Counted from the stretch's first letter, positions 43,112 to 53,607 are shown. The stretch: DNA of 64,000 nt from a virus (IMGVR_UViG_3300026097_000805:115648-179647); one strand, 5' to 3'. Translations and numbers: made by a program. The notes: generated from the sequence alone by a model not told the origin.

Positions 43112-45439
43112 CTAAATTGTACAACTATCACATGCCTCGTCATCTGTGTGAGCATAACCGTTTGTTTGTACAGAATTTCCGTTGGGTGTTTCTTCTGCTT
43201 CAAACATTTTGTTTACATCCAACTCACCTTGGCCGTCAAAAGTGTTAAAATAGTAAAGTTGCTTGCCACCGTACTTGTAAAACATCAATATGTGCTGTAG
43301 CATAACACTCATTGGAATCTTTTCATCATCGTAGTACGTGGGATTATACGAAGTATTAACACTGATACCTTGATCAATATACTTTTGTAAAACACTTACA
43401 ATTTTGATATAACCTTCTGGACTACGTTGTTCCCACAATAGATCATACATGTTTTTTAAACGTTTATATTCTGGAACAACTTGCTTGAGTACACCGTGTT
43501 TGCTTTGCTTAACAGAGATAAGACTACGTGGCGGTTCAATACCATTAGTTGCATTTGCAATCTGCGCACTTGTTTCGCTTGGCATGAGTGCCATCAGTGT
43601 TGAATTACGAATGCCTGTCTCTTTCAATTGCACACGTAGTCCTTCCCAATCCATGCGCTCAACATGCGGTACAAGTTCGTCTAGTGCTTTTGTATATGTT
43701 TGGTTAGGAGTAATACCATGACCGTACTTTGTTTCCATGTTACCACTTGGCGCACCTTGCTCTGCGGCTAAATCTGCACTTGCTTTGATTAGATAATAAC
43801 TCCAGGCTTCTGCATACTCGTCGATTAATTTTAACCCTTCTGGTGTAATATCTTGATAGGTCAAATGATTTTTTGCCATCCAGTACGCAAAATTAATTAT
43901 TCCGACACCCAAAGGTCTGCGTTTCTCTGTTGATAGTTGTGCAGCCAAGATAGGATAGTCTTGATAAGTAAGGAGAGCATCTAATCCACGAACTGCCAAA
44001 CGACACACCCTTTCAAAGTCTGCTGGTGAACGCACATTGCCCCAATTGATCGCACTAAGCGTACATAGACTAATTTCTCCATCAGGATCATTTATATCAT
44101 TTAAAGGCTTTGTTGGCAAGTCAATTTCTGCACACAAATTACTTTGACGAATTGGAGCAACTTCAGGAAGAAAGCTACCGTGACTGTTTGCATTATCAAC
44201 GTTTTGTAGATAGATACGTCCTGTATTTTTACGTTCTTCCATAAACGAACTAAACAACTGAATTGCAGGAACTGTCTTCTTACGTAATTTTGTATTACGC
44301 TCTGCTGTTTCGTAAATTTCTTTAAACTTGTCTTGGTCAGCATAAAATGCTTCGTATAATCCGGGAACGTCACTAGGCGAGAAAAGGGTAATATCTCCTC
44401 CAGATATAAGTCTTTCATACATTAACTTGTTAAATTGTACACCATAGTCCATATGCCGCACACGGTTGTCTTCTGTGCCTTTGTTGTTCTTTAGCACCAA
44501 CATTTCTTCTGCTTCTAAATGCCAGGCTGGATAGTAAACGGTTGCCGCACCGCCACGCACACCGCCTTGGCTACACGATTTTACAGCTGCCTGGAACATT
44601 TTATAGAAAGGAATGATACCAGTATGATATGCATCTCCTTTACGGATAGGCGACCCAATTGCACGGATAGCTCCGCCGCCAACGCCAATACCTGCCTTTT
44701 GGCTTACATACTTAACAATACTGCTTGAAGTGGCGTTTATACTATCCAAGCTGTCGCCGGCTTCGATGAGCACACAGGAACTAAACTGTCGCTGTGGAGT
44801 GCGTACACCTGCCATGACAGGAGTAGGTAGGCTGATATCATGTAGACTGATAGCATCATAATATTCTTTCACATACTTTAGACGCTCGTCTTTTGGGTAT
44901 GCGTTAAACAATGTAGCCGCGATAAGAACATAGCACATTTGCGGTGTTTCGAAGATTTCGCCACTTACTCTGTTCTGTGCTAGGTACTTGCCACGCAGTT
45001 GCTCCATAGCAACATAAGTTAGGTTTTCATCACGATCGTGTTTTACAAAAGAGTCGATGCGCTCCCACTCATCGTCATCGTAATAAGAAATGAGGTCAGG
45101 ATCGTAAAAGCCTAAACCTATATTCCTTTCAACAAGTTCTTTTACGGTTGTAGGTTCATATCGTCCATAAACCTGCTTGCGAAGTGCATAGTTGATAAGG
45201 CGGCCACCTACATATTGATAGTTGGGAGTTTCTTCGGAAATAAGATCTGCGGCTGCTTTAATTAAAGTTTCTTGAATCTCGTCTGTAGTCATCCCATTGT
45301 AAAATTGGATTTGACTTTTAATTTCTACCTCGCTCGGACTAACTCCAGTAATGTCTTGACATGCATAAAAAACAACTTTGTGTAGTTTTTCAATATCTAG
45401 TGGCTCTTTGCGTCCGTCGCGCTTGGTGACTTGAATCAT
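43112..45439 (-). CDS. nrdA: Class Ia ribonucleotide reductase alpha subunit with ATP-cone
   Basis: VTKRDG cone, QFSSC, SNLCAE, CTLSAIN, MPSETS, C-terminal CxxC. Confidence 0.98.
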   Translation of the reverse strand: MIQVTKRDGRKEPLDIEKLHKVVFYACQDITGVSPSEVEIKSQIQFYNGMTTDEIQETLIKAAADLISEETPNYQYVGGRLINYALRKQVYGRYEPTTVKELVERNIGLGFYDPDLISYYDDDEWERIDSFVKHDRDENLTYVAMEQLRGKYLAQNRVSGEIFETPQMCYVLIAATLFNAYPKDERLKYVKEYYDAISLHDISLPTPVMAGVRTPQRQFSSCVLIEAGDSLDSINATSSSIVKYVSQKAGIGVGGGAIRAIGSPIRKGDAYHTGIIPFYKMFQAAVKSCSQGGVRGGAATVYYPAWHLEAEEMLVLKNNKGTEDNRVRHMDYGVQFNKLMYERLISGGDITLFSPSDVPGLYEAFYADQDKFKEIYETAERNTKLRKKTVPAIQLFSSFMEERKNTGRIYLQNVDNANSHGSFLPEVAPIRQSNLCAEIDLPTKPLNDINDPDGEISLCTLSAINWGNVRSPADFERVCRLAVRGLDALLTYQDYPILAAQLSTEKRRPLGVGIINFAYWMAKNHLTYQDITPEGLKLIDEYAEAWSYYLIKASADLAAEQGAPSGNMETKYGHGITPNQTYTKALDELVPHVERMDWEGLRVQLKETGIRNSTLMALMPSETSAQIANATNGIEPPRSLISVKQSKHGVLKQVVPEYKRLKNMYDLLWEQRSPEGYIKIVSVLQKYIDQGISVNTSYNPTYYDDEKIPMSVMLQHILMFYKYGGKQLYYFNTFDGQGELDVNKMFEAEETPNGNSVQTNGYAHTDDEACDSCTI

Positions 45440-45470
45440 TCTTATTTCCTCTTTTGTTTCTGTTTGATAT

Positions 45471-45896
45471 TTATTGTAAATCAGGCATGGTGTAGATCTT
45501 TTGAGCTACTAGACTTTTTGGTAATTCTTCTACGTTAACATAAGCATCGTTCCATCCCAACACAGTTGAATTGTCTATAATAAGAAGATAACAAGTCCTG
45601 CTTTCTTCCTTATCTATACCTATATGTATCTCGAAAGATGACCCCTTAAAACGGTCTGTTAACTGTAAAGAATAGCATTGTCCTAGTACGGTACAGAAGT
45701 CATCGTATTGGTTTTCAAAAACCAACTCCCAAGGGTTAGGCCACCGTGTTTCGTCCCAAGGATCTGTAGCTATACTTACACGAGGAGCCATGCTATAGAA
45801 GTCAATTACATGTTGTAAGGGATCGTCGGATGTCTCTAAATCTTGCCGAAGACAGCTCCATGATTGTAGCCTATCTTCGTATTTTAGATCAAACAT
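45471..45896 (-). CDS. Hypothetical protein
   Basis: WPNPWEL motif. Confidence 0.7.
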   Translation of the reverse strand: MFDLKYEDRLQSWSCLRQDLETSDDPLQHVIDFYSMAPRVSIATDPWDETRWPNPWELVFENQYDDFCTVLGQCYSLQLTDRFKGSSFEIHIGIDKEESRTCYLLIIDNSTVLGWNDAYVNVEELPKSLVAQKIYTMPDLQ

Positions 45897-47596
45897 TATT
45901 CACCTGTTGCATCAACTAGAGTTTTCTTTAGTTTAACTTTAAATTCCATTTGGCTGTTGTCGTCGCTAGGCATTTGACTAGAAGCTCTTACATCCAACAC
46001 GCTAGGATTTCCACTGAATGTTTGTATTATAGCATCAAAATAAATTGTGTCAAGATATTGATCGCCGCTTGCTCCTATAAAATTATGATCATCATCTACA
46101 AGAACAGTCTTATTATATCCATCTACAATAATAGTCAGCGTACCCGCTCTATGGGCAGCATAACTACGACTTGTGATTATGTAATCTATTTCAAATGTTT
46201 GGTTAGCAATATCAACTTCTGCTGGTAATCTAAATATTTTTGAATAGTTAGGATCACCATTACCATCTACACCAGTGTAAGTGATGCTCACAGTGTGTAC
46301 TTCGCCTAGTGTGGTATTTACAGTGCCTTCAATTTCAGGAGCATAATCATAACTAGTCCAAAACCCAGGAGTAAAACCTAATACTTCTGTTCTTGTAAAA
46401 TAATCATTCTCGCTATGATTGGTATTAGTTTGAAATTTGATTATACTATGTTGTGACACACTTTCGGCGCCGCCGTCATTACCGCAACTTTCAAATCGAT
46501 TATTAATACTCTTATTCCATTCACCGAACTTGACCCAAATTGCCTGACGATCTATATCATTAAAACGACAGCGTTCTATAATGTTATTGTAAGGTCCGTA
46601 GTTTTTACTTGAATATGTATTAGGATCAAGTGTGACAAGATTTGTTCCAAATGCAAACCCGTATCCTAAATCAAATAAGTCACAGTCTATAAAATTGTTT
46701 GTGTTTGTATCCCAGTCAGAACTTACTGCATAAGTAAAACCGTTTACCGTCACGTTTCTAAATGTGTTGTTGCGAGTTTCCACTACACTGGATACTAGAC
46801 TTAGATTGTTTAATTCTAATCCTACATCTGTGCTCAGTGCATCTCCGCTGACCCAAGGACCTTTAATCCTTATATCTTCAAAAATACTATCTCGGCAGCA
46901 ATCTAAGATCAAAGCTTTATTCGACACAGTTGTCTCAATTGTTAGTCCTCGAAGTGTAATATTTGTTGCTTGATTAAGTGTAGTAGTGCTCGAAATATTT
47001 GCAGGTGCACCAGGTGTGCTAGAACTGTTCACAGTTTTAATCATATCAGTACTGGCTGTGCTTGTTCTAATAATAGTTTTATCGGCGCCGGCACCTACAA
47101 TCGTTGTATAAGGAGGAATGTAAATTGTATCATCAATAATATATTCGCCGGCTTCTAAATGCAAAACGACTCTGCTACTTGCGCTACCTTTGGTTGCATC
47201 ATTAATGAATAATTGATCGATCGCTGTTTGTAATTTACTAGTTGCTACTTGCGATGTTTCGCCTGTGAGCCCAAAAGCTCTGCCGCTTACCCTATCATCT
47301 AGTCTTGCTTGTAAAGTCCTTTGGACATCTGCACCGTCGGTGCCGCCTGTAGAGATCGTACCTGCGCCGTCTTTATAGATATAAGTATCTGCAACACTGA
47401 ATAAATCGTCGTACTGTGTAAGAATCTTACTATTTCCAACAGCAGGAGCACCTTCGCTTACACTACCATTACCAATGTATAATTCTCTTGTATCTACAGC
47501 CCAACCAAACTCGCCTGAAGCTAGTTGTGGTATGCCACTACCTTGTTGTGCTTGTCCTCTACGAACTTGTATCCTAGAAATTTGTACTACGGCCAT
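45896..47596 (-). CDS. Tail fiber/baseplate-associated protein with beta-helix
   Basis: MAVVQISRIQVRRG, LASGEFGWAVDTRELYIGNG, beta-helix (LEAGEY...IVGAG). Confidence 0.75.
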   Translation of the reverse strand: MAVVQISRIQVRRGQAQQGSGIPQLASGEFGWAVDTRELYIGNGSVSEGAPAVGNSKILTQYDDLFSVADTYIYKDGAGTISTGGTDGADVQRTLQARLDDRVSGRAFGLTGETSQVATSKLQTAIDQLFINDATKGSASSRVVLHLEAGEYIIDDTIYIPPYTTIVGAGADKTIIRTSTASTDMIKTVNSSSTPGAPANISSTTTLNQATNITLRGLTIETTVSNKALILDCCRDSIFEDIRIKGPWVSGDALSTDVGLELNNLSLVSSVVETRNNTFRNVTVNGFTYAVSSDWDTNTNNFIDCDLFDLGYGFAFGTNLVTLDPNTYSSKNYGPYNNIIERCRFNDIDRQAIWVKFGEWNKSINNRFESCGNDGGAESVSQHSIIKFQTNTNHSENDYFTRTEVLGFTPGFWTSYDYAPEIEGTVNTTLGEVHTVSITYTGVDGNGDPNYSKIFRLPAEVDIANQTFEIDYIITSRSYAAHRAGTLTIIVDGYNKTVLVDDDHNFIGASGDQYLDTIYFDAIIQTFSGNPSVLDVRASSQMPSDDNSQMEFKVKLKKTLVDATGE

Positions 47597-47619
47597 CTAT
47601 ATTCTCCTGCTACGAGTAT

Positions 47620-48297
47620 TTATGCGTATTTCTCGTAATAGGTGTAGACCCTATTGTACCATTCATTTCGCCATTCGTCGTATTCGTCTGGCCATACATC
47701 AAATTGTTGATACTCTCCTGCACGACTGCACATAAACACATGTCCTTCACGTATATCTGTACCGTAAACTTCGTTGTGAGCTTCTGCATATGCAACTAAC
47801 TGCAAGAAATAATCAACTACCCATTCTTCTTTCTTAGGCTTGTTTGTCTGCTTAAAATCCATGATAGCAGGTTCGCCTTTGTATGTTCCTACAAGGTCAG
47901 TTGTACCAGCATACATGTTAGGCATGTATAGATTTACTTCTGAACCCCATACTTCAACATCATCCATTACATTATCTTTGATAACTTGTGCCATGCTGTG
48001 TGCTTGTTGTGCATAAGGATTGCTTCCAGGCTGAGGCCATTCACCAAACTCAATATAGTCTTCAAGATACTTGTGCATCCTTGTGCCTACACCTGCGGCT
48101 TCTGTCACAATCTCTTGTGCTTTCTTTTCGCCTACACGTTTCTTCCAAGCAATAAGATGTGTTTTATCTTTAGTAGCGTCAAGAATAGTTGTCACACTCG
48201 CGACAGCATTGCCGTCTGGTGTTTCATATAATCTCTTGCCGTTAACTTGTTTTCGTGAGATAGGACTATAATTAAATTTATTAACTATTAGAGTCAT
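47620..48297 (-). CDS. PD-(D/E)xK (Cas4-like) exonuclease
   Basis: SVTTIL, GTRMH, AGTTDLVG, IMDFK. Confidence 0.88.
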   Translation of the reverse strand: MTLIVNKFNYSPISRKQVNGKRLYETPDGNAVASVTTILDATKDKTHLIAWKKRVGEKKAQEIVTEAAGVGTRMHKYLEDYIEFGEWPQPGSNPYAQQAHSMAQVIKDNVMDDVEVWGSEVNLYMPNMYAGTTDLVGTYKGEPAIMDFKQTNKPKKEEWVVDYFLQLVAYAEAHNEVYGTDIREGHVFMCSRAGEYQQFDVWPDEYDEWRNEWYNRVYTYYEKYA

Positions 48298-48634
48298 CAG
48301 TGTCCTCACTCTCTACTAAATCAATTGTTTCCCATTCATCGAACATAAAAGGATCTGTATAGTAAGGAGTGACTGTTGAGAAAGGATCGTCCATTGCTTC
48401 AACTGTTTGGATCTCAGGCACAAAATGTTTGAGCATATTTTCAACACCCATCTTTAGTGTCATTGTGCTTCCTGCACATCCTGAACATGCTCCGCCTAAT
48501 TCTAGTAATAAGTGTCCTTCTTCATAGCTGACAAATTCTATTGTGCCGCCGTGGCCAGCAACACCAGGTTTAACTTGCGTTTCGATAAGTTCTTTAATCT
48601 GTGAGATAATTTCTTCATTGGTTCTATCGGTCAT
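48281..48634 (-). CDS. NifU/NfuA C-terminal-domain Fe-S carrier
   Basis: P.V..HGG.IE, GACSGC..S..TLK.GVE. Confidence 0.9.
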   Translation of the reverse strand: MTDRTNEEIISQIKELIETQVKPGVAGHGGTIEFVSYEEGHLLLELGGACSGCAGSTMTLKMGVENMLKHFVPEIQTVEAMDDPFSTVTPYYTDPFMFDEWETIDLVESEDTDDSNS

Positions 48635-48657
48635 AATTATTCCTTTTGTTAATAGCA

Positions 48658-48686
48658 ATTATAGCGTCAAAATATTAACTTGTCAA
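48658..48686 (-). promoter_or_regulatory. Sigma70-type promoter
   Basis: TTGACA-17bp-TATAAT. Confidence 0.8.
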
Positions 48687-48692
48687 GATAAA

Positions 48693-49073
48693 TTATAGAT
48701 CTGCACCAACATCAGTTGCACGTTTTGCCATTGTGCTTACAGTGTCGCCGCCGTCCTGTGTGTCGCCTTGTGGCACTTCGTTTGGATCATCTGTAGCTGT
48801 CTTAGGCTCAATACCTGTTTGGTTAAAGTTCTTAACCATAGTTTTTATACGTGGATCAGTTTCATATGCAGCTACAAATGTGTCATAATCAAACTGTTCA
48901 CCGCCCACGTTTTGCATAAGTTTGTTTAGATCTAAGTTTTTTGAGCCTTGACGGATGTCTTTTGCTTGTGGTTTATCGAAGTGAAGAAAAACGGAGACAC
49001 CTTTTTGATCAGCGTCTCCGATTACTGTGCGTAGAACCTGTACGAGCTTACTAGGCTCGTCAGCCTCTGTCAC
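48693..49073 (-). CDS. Hypothetical protein
   Basis: GTG start overlapping upstream stop. Confidence 0.7.
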   Translation of the reverse strand: MTEADEPSKLVQVLRTVIGDADQKGVSVFLHFDKPQAKDIRQGSKNLDLNKLMQNVGGEQFDYDTFVAAYETDPRIKTMVKNFNQTGIEPKTATDDPNEVPQGDTQDGGDTVSTMAKRATDVGADL

Positions 49074-50029
49074 TTTTTTTTTGAAAGGATTGTACCTAAT
49101 CTGCGAGCTTGTTCTAGCATCGCTTTCTTCTTATACATTCTTGATTCGCGTCTTGCTCTACCTGCTTCTTCTTCGCCGCCGGCTGCTGGTGCCGCAGCAC
49201 CAAACTCGTCGTCCATGGTAGGTTCCATTTCATCTTCTTCTGGCTCAACGTCTGCAGGAATATCGTCTGCCGGTGCTCCCATGTCTGGAGCAGGCATGTC
49301 GCCTTCCCCTGTTAGCATACTAACGCCAGCTGTTAGACTTTCGCGTGTTGTTTCCATAGATGCATATAGTTGCTCTAGTGCAGGCTTAACTGTGTTTACA
49401 AAAGTATCAGAATCTTGCTGACTCATTTCATCACGTATGGCATCTGCTAGTTCGAGCATAGACTCTGACTGCATTTCTGCTGTGTCTTCCATCCATCCAG
49501 TCAAACGATCAACCATATCTTTAGCTGCCATGACTAGTTCTGCTTTGTCTTCAGCACCTTCTTTAACAATGTTTTCGTTTTTCTTTTTCTTGTCTTTAGC
49601 TGCATGCACGGCTTTGCGCTGTGCATCGTTAGCATATTGACCTTCGTTATAATCTTTGTCTTTCACTTTTTTAATTGCATCAGCCTTGCTCATACCACTT
49701 TTTACCATTCTTGCTATCTGTACATCTGCAAAGTCCTTGTCGCCATCTTCGTCTTGGTCTTTGCTTTCTGCAATATCGGCACGTTCTGAAATTGCAGCAT
49801 TTAGGATATCAAGGAAGAGTTTGTTTTTGCTGTAAGTTTCGTTCTTAGGTAAACCACTGAAGCTTTCGTTAGTTTCGATCTGACTTAGTTTGGTTCTAAC
49901 TTTATTGCGAGCATCTTGTAGTTGCTCAAGCGTAAAGTTATCAGTGTCAAGACGTGTACCAAACTTTTTAGCTAGTGTTTCGTTTAAAGTCTTTGAGTTG
50001 ACCGGTTTGTTAATATCTCTAATGTTCAT
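49070..50029 (-). CDS. Prohead core/scaffold-like protein
   Basis: Acidic, helical, several (I/L/V)-x-E putative protease sites, EF-hand-like DQDEDGDKD. Confidence 0.6.
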   Translation of the reverse strand: MNIRDINKPVNSKTLNETLAKKFGTRLDTDNFTLEQLQDARNKVRTKLSQIETNESFSGLPKNETYSKNKLFLDILNAAISERADIAESKDQDEDGDKDFADVQIARMVKSGMSKADAIKKVKDKDYNEGQYANDAQRKAVHAAKDKKKKNENIVKEGAEDKAELVMAAKDMVDRLTGWMEDTAEMQSESMLELADAIRDEMSQQDSDTFVNTVKPALEQLYASMETTRESLTAGVSMLTGEGDMPAPDMGAPADDIPADVEPEEDEMEPTMDDEFGAAAPAAGGEEEAGRARRESRMYKKKAMLEQARRLGTILSKKK

Positions 50030-50073
50030 TTTTTACTCTTCCTAAAAGTATTGTTATATTTATTTATCTGTTT

Positions 50074-50490
50074 CTACGAGAATATATAGCTATCAAGACG
50101 CTGCTTGGCATCTGATGTAATAGATTTTGCTATCTCATAACGTACCGTAGTTATCTCTTTTTTAAAGTCATCTTTGGTTTTCTTTATGGTGTGTCTATAA
50201 AATACACAGTCGTTGTAATGCTTCTCTATAGTCTTATCTAGATCCAAAACTCGGCTAGTATCTTTACCTTTATGTAGACTTTTAGCAAGCGCAACAGCGG
50301 CCGTTTTGCAAAAAGTTTTAGCAATTTGCCTATTTGATTCAATATTGTAAACCAAGTAGCCTGCTCGACTTTGTCTAATTACAAACTTACCTATGCGAAG
50401 AGAATTTCCTTTCTGATAAGGAAACATACTAGGATCGAGATTATCTTCAATTATATCTTGAAGGTCTTTAAGTATCTGTTTGTTGATCAT
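50074..50490 (-). CDS. Hypothetical protein
   Basis: 138-aa ORF. Confidence 0.7.
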   Translation of the reverse strand: MINKQILKDLQDIIEDNLDPSMFPYQKGNSLRIGKFVIRQSRAGYLVYNIESNRQIAKTFCKTAAVALAKSLHKGKDTSRVLDLDKTIEKHYNDCVFYRHTIKKTKDDFKKEITTVRYEIAKSITSDAKQRLDSYIFS

Positions 50491-50683
50491 TCCTGGCTAC
50501 CATAATTTGATTGTTGTGACGTATCTTACTTACCAAACTCTTACGTATGAGATTATTAACTATGACTCTTTGTCTTTCATTAAAACTTATCAGTGGTACG
50601 ACCTGTTCAAGCTGTTCGTACAGAGATCGTTCTTCATTTGTCATGTAGATGTCAAACTCTGTAATAAGCTCGTTCAGTTTCAT
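50468..50683 (-). CDS. Small putative head protein
   Basis: MKLNELITE N-terminus. Confidence 0.65.
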   Translation of the reverse strand: MKLNELITEFDIYMTNEERSLYEQLEQVVPLISFNERQRVIVNNLIRKSLVSKIRHNNQIMVARNDQQTDT

Positions 50684-50976
50684 CTTATAGCTGCCATTTG
50701 CGCTTGTATTGCTTTGACGTTTTCTTTTGCTGCCTTCTCGGCATCTTTAGCTTGCTTTAGCTGAATTCCTAGTTGTTTTTTCTGCTCAATCTTTTGCTTG
50801 TTCTGCTGTGCAGGATCCATAGCTTGACCAGTTTGATTTTGTGCTTGTTGCGTTGCTGTGCTTGCAGGTTGCTGAGGAGTAGTCGGAGAACCTGAAGTGT
50901 TAGTTCCCGGAGCACTGGCACCTGGTTGACCCGGTGCTGTTGACATTGGTTGCTCTAGTAGATCTGTCATCTTCAT
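50680..50976 (-). CDS. Gln/Pro-rich putative head protein
   Basis: MKMTDLLE N-terminus. Confidence 0.65.
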   Translation of the reverse strand: MKMTDLLEQPMSTAPGQPGASAPGTNTSGSPTTPQQPASTATQQAQNQTGQAMDPAQQNKQKIEQKKQLGIQLKQAKDAEKAAKENVKAIQAQMAAIR

Positions 50977-51260
50977 ATCTTTTTCCTTCTAGTACCTGCA
51001 TTCATTCTTGCAATTCTCTTTGAAGCGGGATTGGTTCTTTTTGTTTTTGCAGTTTTAACCTGTATTCTTCCAGCTTTTGCTGCTTTAGTGTGCTTGATTG
51101 TTGCACTCTTTTTAATATTTATCGGAGCCATACAAGCTGCGGCACTTGCCCTGACTTGACCTTTTCTAGGACCAGTAGTGCATCTGTACTTCAAACTAGC
51201 ACCTCCGCCTTTCTTGCCCCAGGCTCTAGTAGTTCCTTCAAATATCTCCGCAACTATCAT
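50973..51260 (-). CDS. Basic protein, paralog A
   Basis: W.KKG...KYRCTTGPRKGQV...C...TKRTNPASK. Confidence 0.7.
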   Translation of the reverse strand: MIVAEIFEGTTRAWGKKGGGASLKYRCTTGPRKGQVRASAAACMAPINIKKSATIKHTKAAKAGRIQVKTAKTKRTNPASKRIARMNAGTRRKKI

Positions 51261-51529
51261 TTGTTTAACCTTTTGAGCATTTTTGATGCTGGATTTATTC
51301 TTTTTGTTCTACGAGCTTTACGTGCCATTTTAGCACCCAATCTTGCTTTTGTTCTTTTAAGTGCGGCTCGTTTTTTAATATCTACAACTTTAAAACACTG
51401 GGTAGGATCAGAAACAACTCGGCCTTTGCGCTGTCCGCCGGCACAACGATACTTGCGAACAATCTTAGTACCTTTGCGGGCCCAAACTTGTTTTTCTTCT
51501 AAAGATGTGAATAACTCGTTTAATAACAT
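51257..51529 (-). CDS. Basic protein, paralog B
   Basis: W.RKG...KYRCAGGQRKGRV...C...TKRINPASK. Confidence 0.7.
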   Translation of the reverse strand: MLLNELFTSLEEKQVWARKGTKIVRKYRCAGGQRKGRVVSDPTQCFKVVDIKKRAALKRTKARLGAKMARKARRTKRINPASKMLKRLNK

Positions 51530-51547
51530 ATAGTTATTTAGTGTTTT

Positions 51548-51790
51548 TTATTGGAAGGAAACTAAAAGAACTACGATAGTGGATAGCAATCCTGCGATAA
51601 TTGTGCCAGTGGCACCAATTAGGACCTTTGTCATTGACTTGTTGCCGTTGGTTATGTCTTCATGGATGTCGTCTACTTTTGATTCTATCTTAGTTAGACG
51701 CTCGTCGAGATTCTTATAACGCAGAGCGCATAGGTCTACGTGTGCTTCTAGACTTTCTTTTTCTAATTCTGTTGTTGGCAAGTCAGCCAT
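51548..51790 (-). CDS. Coiled coil with C-terminal TM (holin/spanin-like architecture)
   Basis: HVDLCALRY, heptads, C-terminal TM. Confidence 0.55.
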   Translation of the reverse strand: MADLPTTELEKESLEAHVDLCALRYKNLDERLTKIESKVDDIHEDITNGNKSMTKVLIGATGTIIAGLLSTIVVLLVSFQ

Positions 51791-51874
51791 TTATATTCTC
51801 CATAAAGTAAACTCGAAGTTGGCCTTTGATGTGTTTAAATTAAATGCCTTGTTATTGCCCTATGCTATTATTTA

Positions 51875-52267
51875 TCAAATGTCTATCATTTCGAACACTA
51901 TATTACAGTCATTTGGGCAAGTAGTGCGAAGGATTTTGTTATGATTATGTACAGTTTCGTCAAGTCCAGTTATTACAGGTATAAGATCGAAATCGGTAGT
52001 TAACATATCTATATTCAACGCACCTTCATATTCTACTTCAAAACAAAATTCCCAATAACGTTGCTTACCTTTAATTGAATCACCAAATCCTATACTATCA
52101 ACTTTATCTACTATACTTTTGACGTACATAGGATTTAGGTTGACTCTCAATCCTATAGTTTGTATCACAGTATTATAGTTGGCCTGTTGACTGAATAATT
52201 TTTTGTCATCGCTTCGCTTGGCACTAGTTTCTGTAATATCGACTACTGTACGTATTTTAAACTGCAT
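51875..52267 (-). CDS. Hypothetical protein
   Basis: TVVDITET..N.NT..Q..GLR. Confidence 0.7.
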   Translation of the reverse strand: MQFKIRTVVDITETSAKRSDDKKLFSQQANYNTVIQTIGLRVNLNPMYVKSIVDKVDSIGFGDSIKGKQRYWEFCFEVEYEGALNIDMLTTDFDLIPVITGLDETVHNHNKILRTTCPNDCNIVFEMIDI

Positions 52268-52284
52268 GTACTATTTAAGATCAT

Positions 52285-52316
52285 AAAAAAAGAGCCACTT
52301 AAAAAGTGACTCTTTT
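52285..52316 (-). terminator. Intrinsic terminator (with two further hairpins at 52320-52363)
   Basis: AAAAGAGTCAC-TTTTTAA-GTGGCTCTTTTTTT. Confidence 0.7.
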
Positions 52317-52363
52317 AATGTGACGCCTGTTATAACGTCACGGTTCCTAAGGTAGTAGGAATC

Positions 52364-52753
52364 TTACATACCAAATAGGTCTGTTTGTGCTGTCACAGTA
52401 GTTGTACCTGTTGTACCGCCGTCTGTGTAAACACCGCCTGATACAGAACCAGGAACACCAGCTGCGTCAAAGTGACGACCAATTTCAGTTGCAATAGTAT
52501 CAACATTTGTTGAGTGTCCATCTGCTACGATGATTGCTTCGCGTCCGTTTGCATCCCACTGGAAGATGTGAACCGGAGCACCCATTGTTTCCATTACTTG
52601 CTGAACACCTGCTGCGTCTAGATCAGTTGTACGACCGCTGTTTGAAAGCACAACTTTGTAAACAACCATTTGATTTGTTTTTACAACAGTGTTTAGTGCT
52701 GTTGCACTTGGGTTTGTACGTGTTACGTCACGTGTAATACTTGAAATAGCCAT
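52364..52753 (-). CDS. Probable virion structural protein
   Basis: Thr/Ala/Gly-rich, strong RBS, own terminator. Confidence 0.6.
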   Translation of the reverse strand: MAISSITRDVTRTNPSATALNTVVKTNQMVVYKVVLSNSGRTTDLDAAGVQQVMETMGAPVHIFQWDANGREAIIVADGHSTNVDTIATEIGRHFDAAGVPGSVSGGVYTDGGTTGTTTVTAQTDLFGM

Positions 52754-52840
52754 TTTTATTCTCCTATACTCTAAATGGCAAATTCACGCTCAGTGAATTT
52801 GTATACTTGTATTTACCATTTTTATAAAAAAACTGCTATA

Positions 52841-53200
52841 TCAGCTTCTTTTTGCTCGTTTATGAAGTACCTTAAGCATTTGCACATAGCCTGGGCCAGC
52901 TGTGACAATATCATCTACCATTTCTATGACTGGTAGATATCCTTCTACAAAAGAACTAGGAATAGTTTTTTCATTCTTTGCAAATTCTAGGAAGTTTTTA
53001 CACTTCATTATATTATTAGCACCTACTATTAGTCTGTAAAGAGCCATGTCCCGTACTTCTACTCGTGCTGCAATTCTATCAAAAGCTGCTTCATCTAATA
53101 GCTCAGAATCTTCAAGATCTTCTAGCTCTTGCAGTAATTTATCTACTTCTTCATCTAGTATAATATCCGAATCGTTTACAATAGATCTAATAAAGTTCAT
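52841..53200 (-). CDS. Hypothetical protein
   Basis: 119-aa ORF. Confidence 0.7.
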   Translation of the reverse strand: MNFIRSIVNDSDIILDEEVDKLLQELEDLEDSELLDEAAFDRIAARVEVRDMALYRLIVGANNIMKCKNFLEFAKNEKTIPSSFVEGYLPVIEMVDDIVTAGPGYVQMLKVLHKRAKRS

Positions 53201-53607
53201 TAAGCTCTCTTTGCTCTTGCTGCGGCATCTGCTTGACGTGCTAGTTCTTCATCATCTGGTTCGTTGAAGTCATCGTCGGTATCGTTGGTATCGTCTAAGC
53301 CACCATCTTCGTGATCTCTTGCAAGGTTTGATTTATTTTTATCTATCTTTTGTGCATATGCAAGAAGTTTTTTAATCACTTCTTCAGTAGCACCCGTCTT
53401 GCGTACAAGATCTCCCATATTACGAGGTCCAAATGTAGCGCCAAAGTTTGTAAGTTCATTGCCTACTGTGGCCATCATATTTGATAGTCCGTCGTCTTTG
53501 GTTGTTGCCGCTTGATCCATTAAGATTCTACCTAAGTTTGCAATCTCTCGTTGTTGCGGTGACAATCCAAAATTATCTGCTTCATTTAAAAGTTCATCTA
53601 TTTTCAT
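53200..53607 (-). CDS. Putative head protein
   Basis: MKIDELLNE N-terminus. Confidence 0.65.
   Translation of the reverse strand: MKIDELLNEADNFGLSPQQREIANLGRILMDQAATTKDDGLSNMMATVGNELTNFGATFGPRNMGDLVRKTGATEEVIKKLLAYAQKIDKNKSNLARDHEDGGLDDTNDTDDDFNEPDDEELARQADAAARAKRA

Noticed and set aside
43112-45439. Intein or intron in nrdA/nrdB
   Set aside because: Lengths (775 and 375 aa) and motif spacing are normal, with no splice motifs.
47620-48297. Cas4-like gene as evidence of a CRISPR-Cas system
   Set aside because: Solitary phage PD-(D/E)xK exonuclease; no array or other cas genes in the window.
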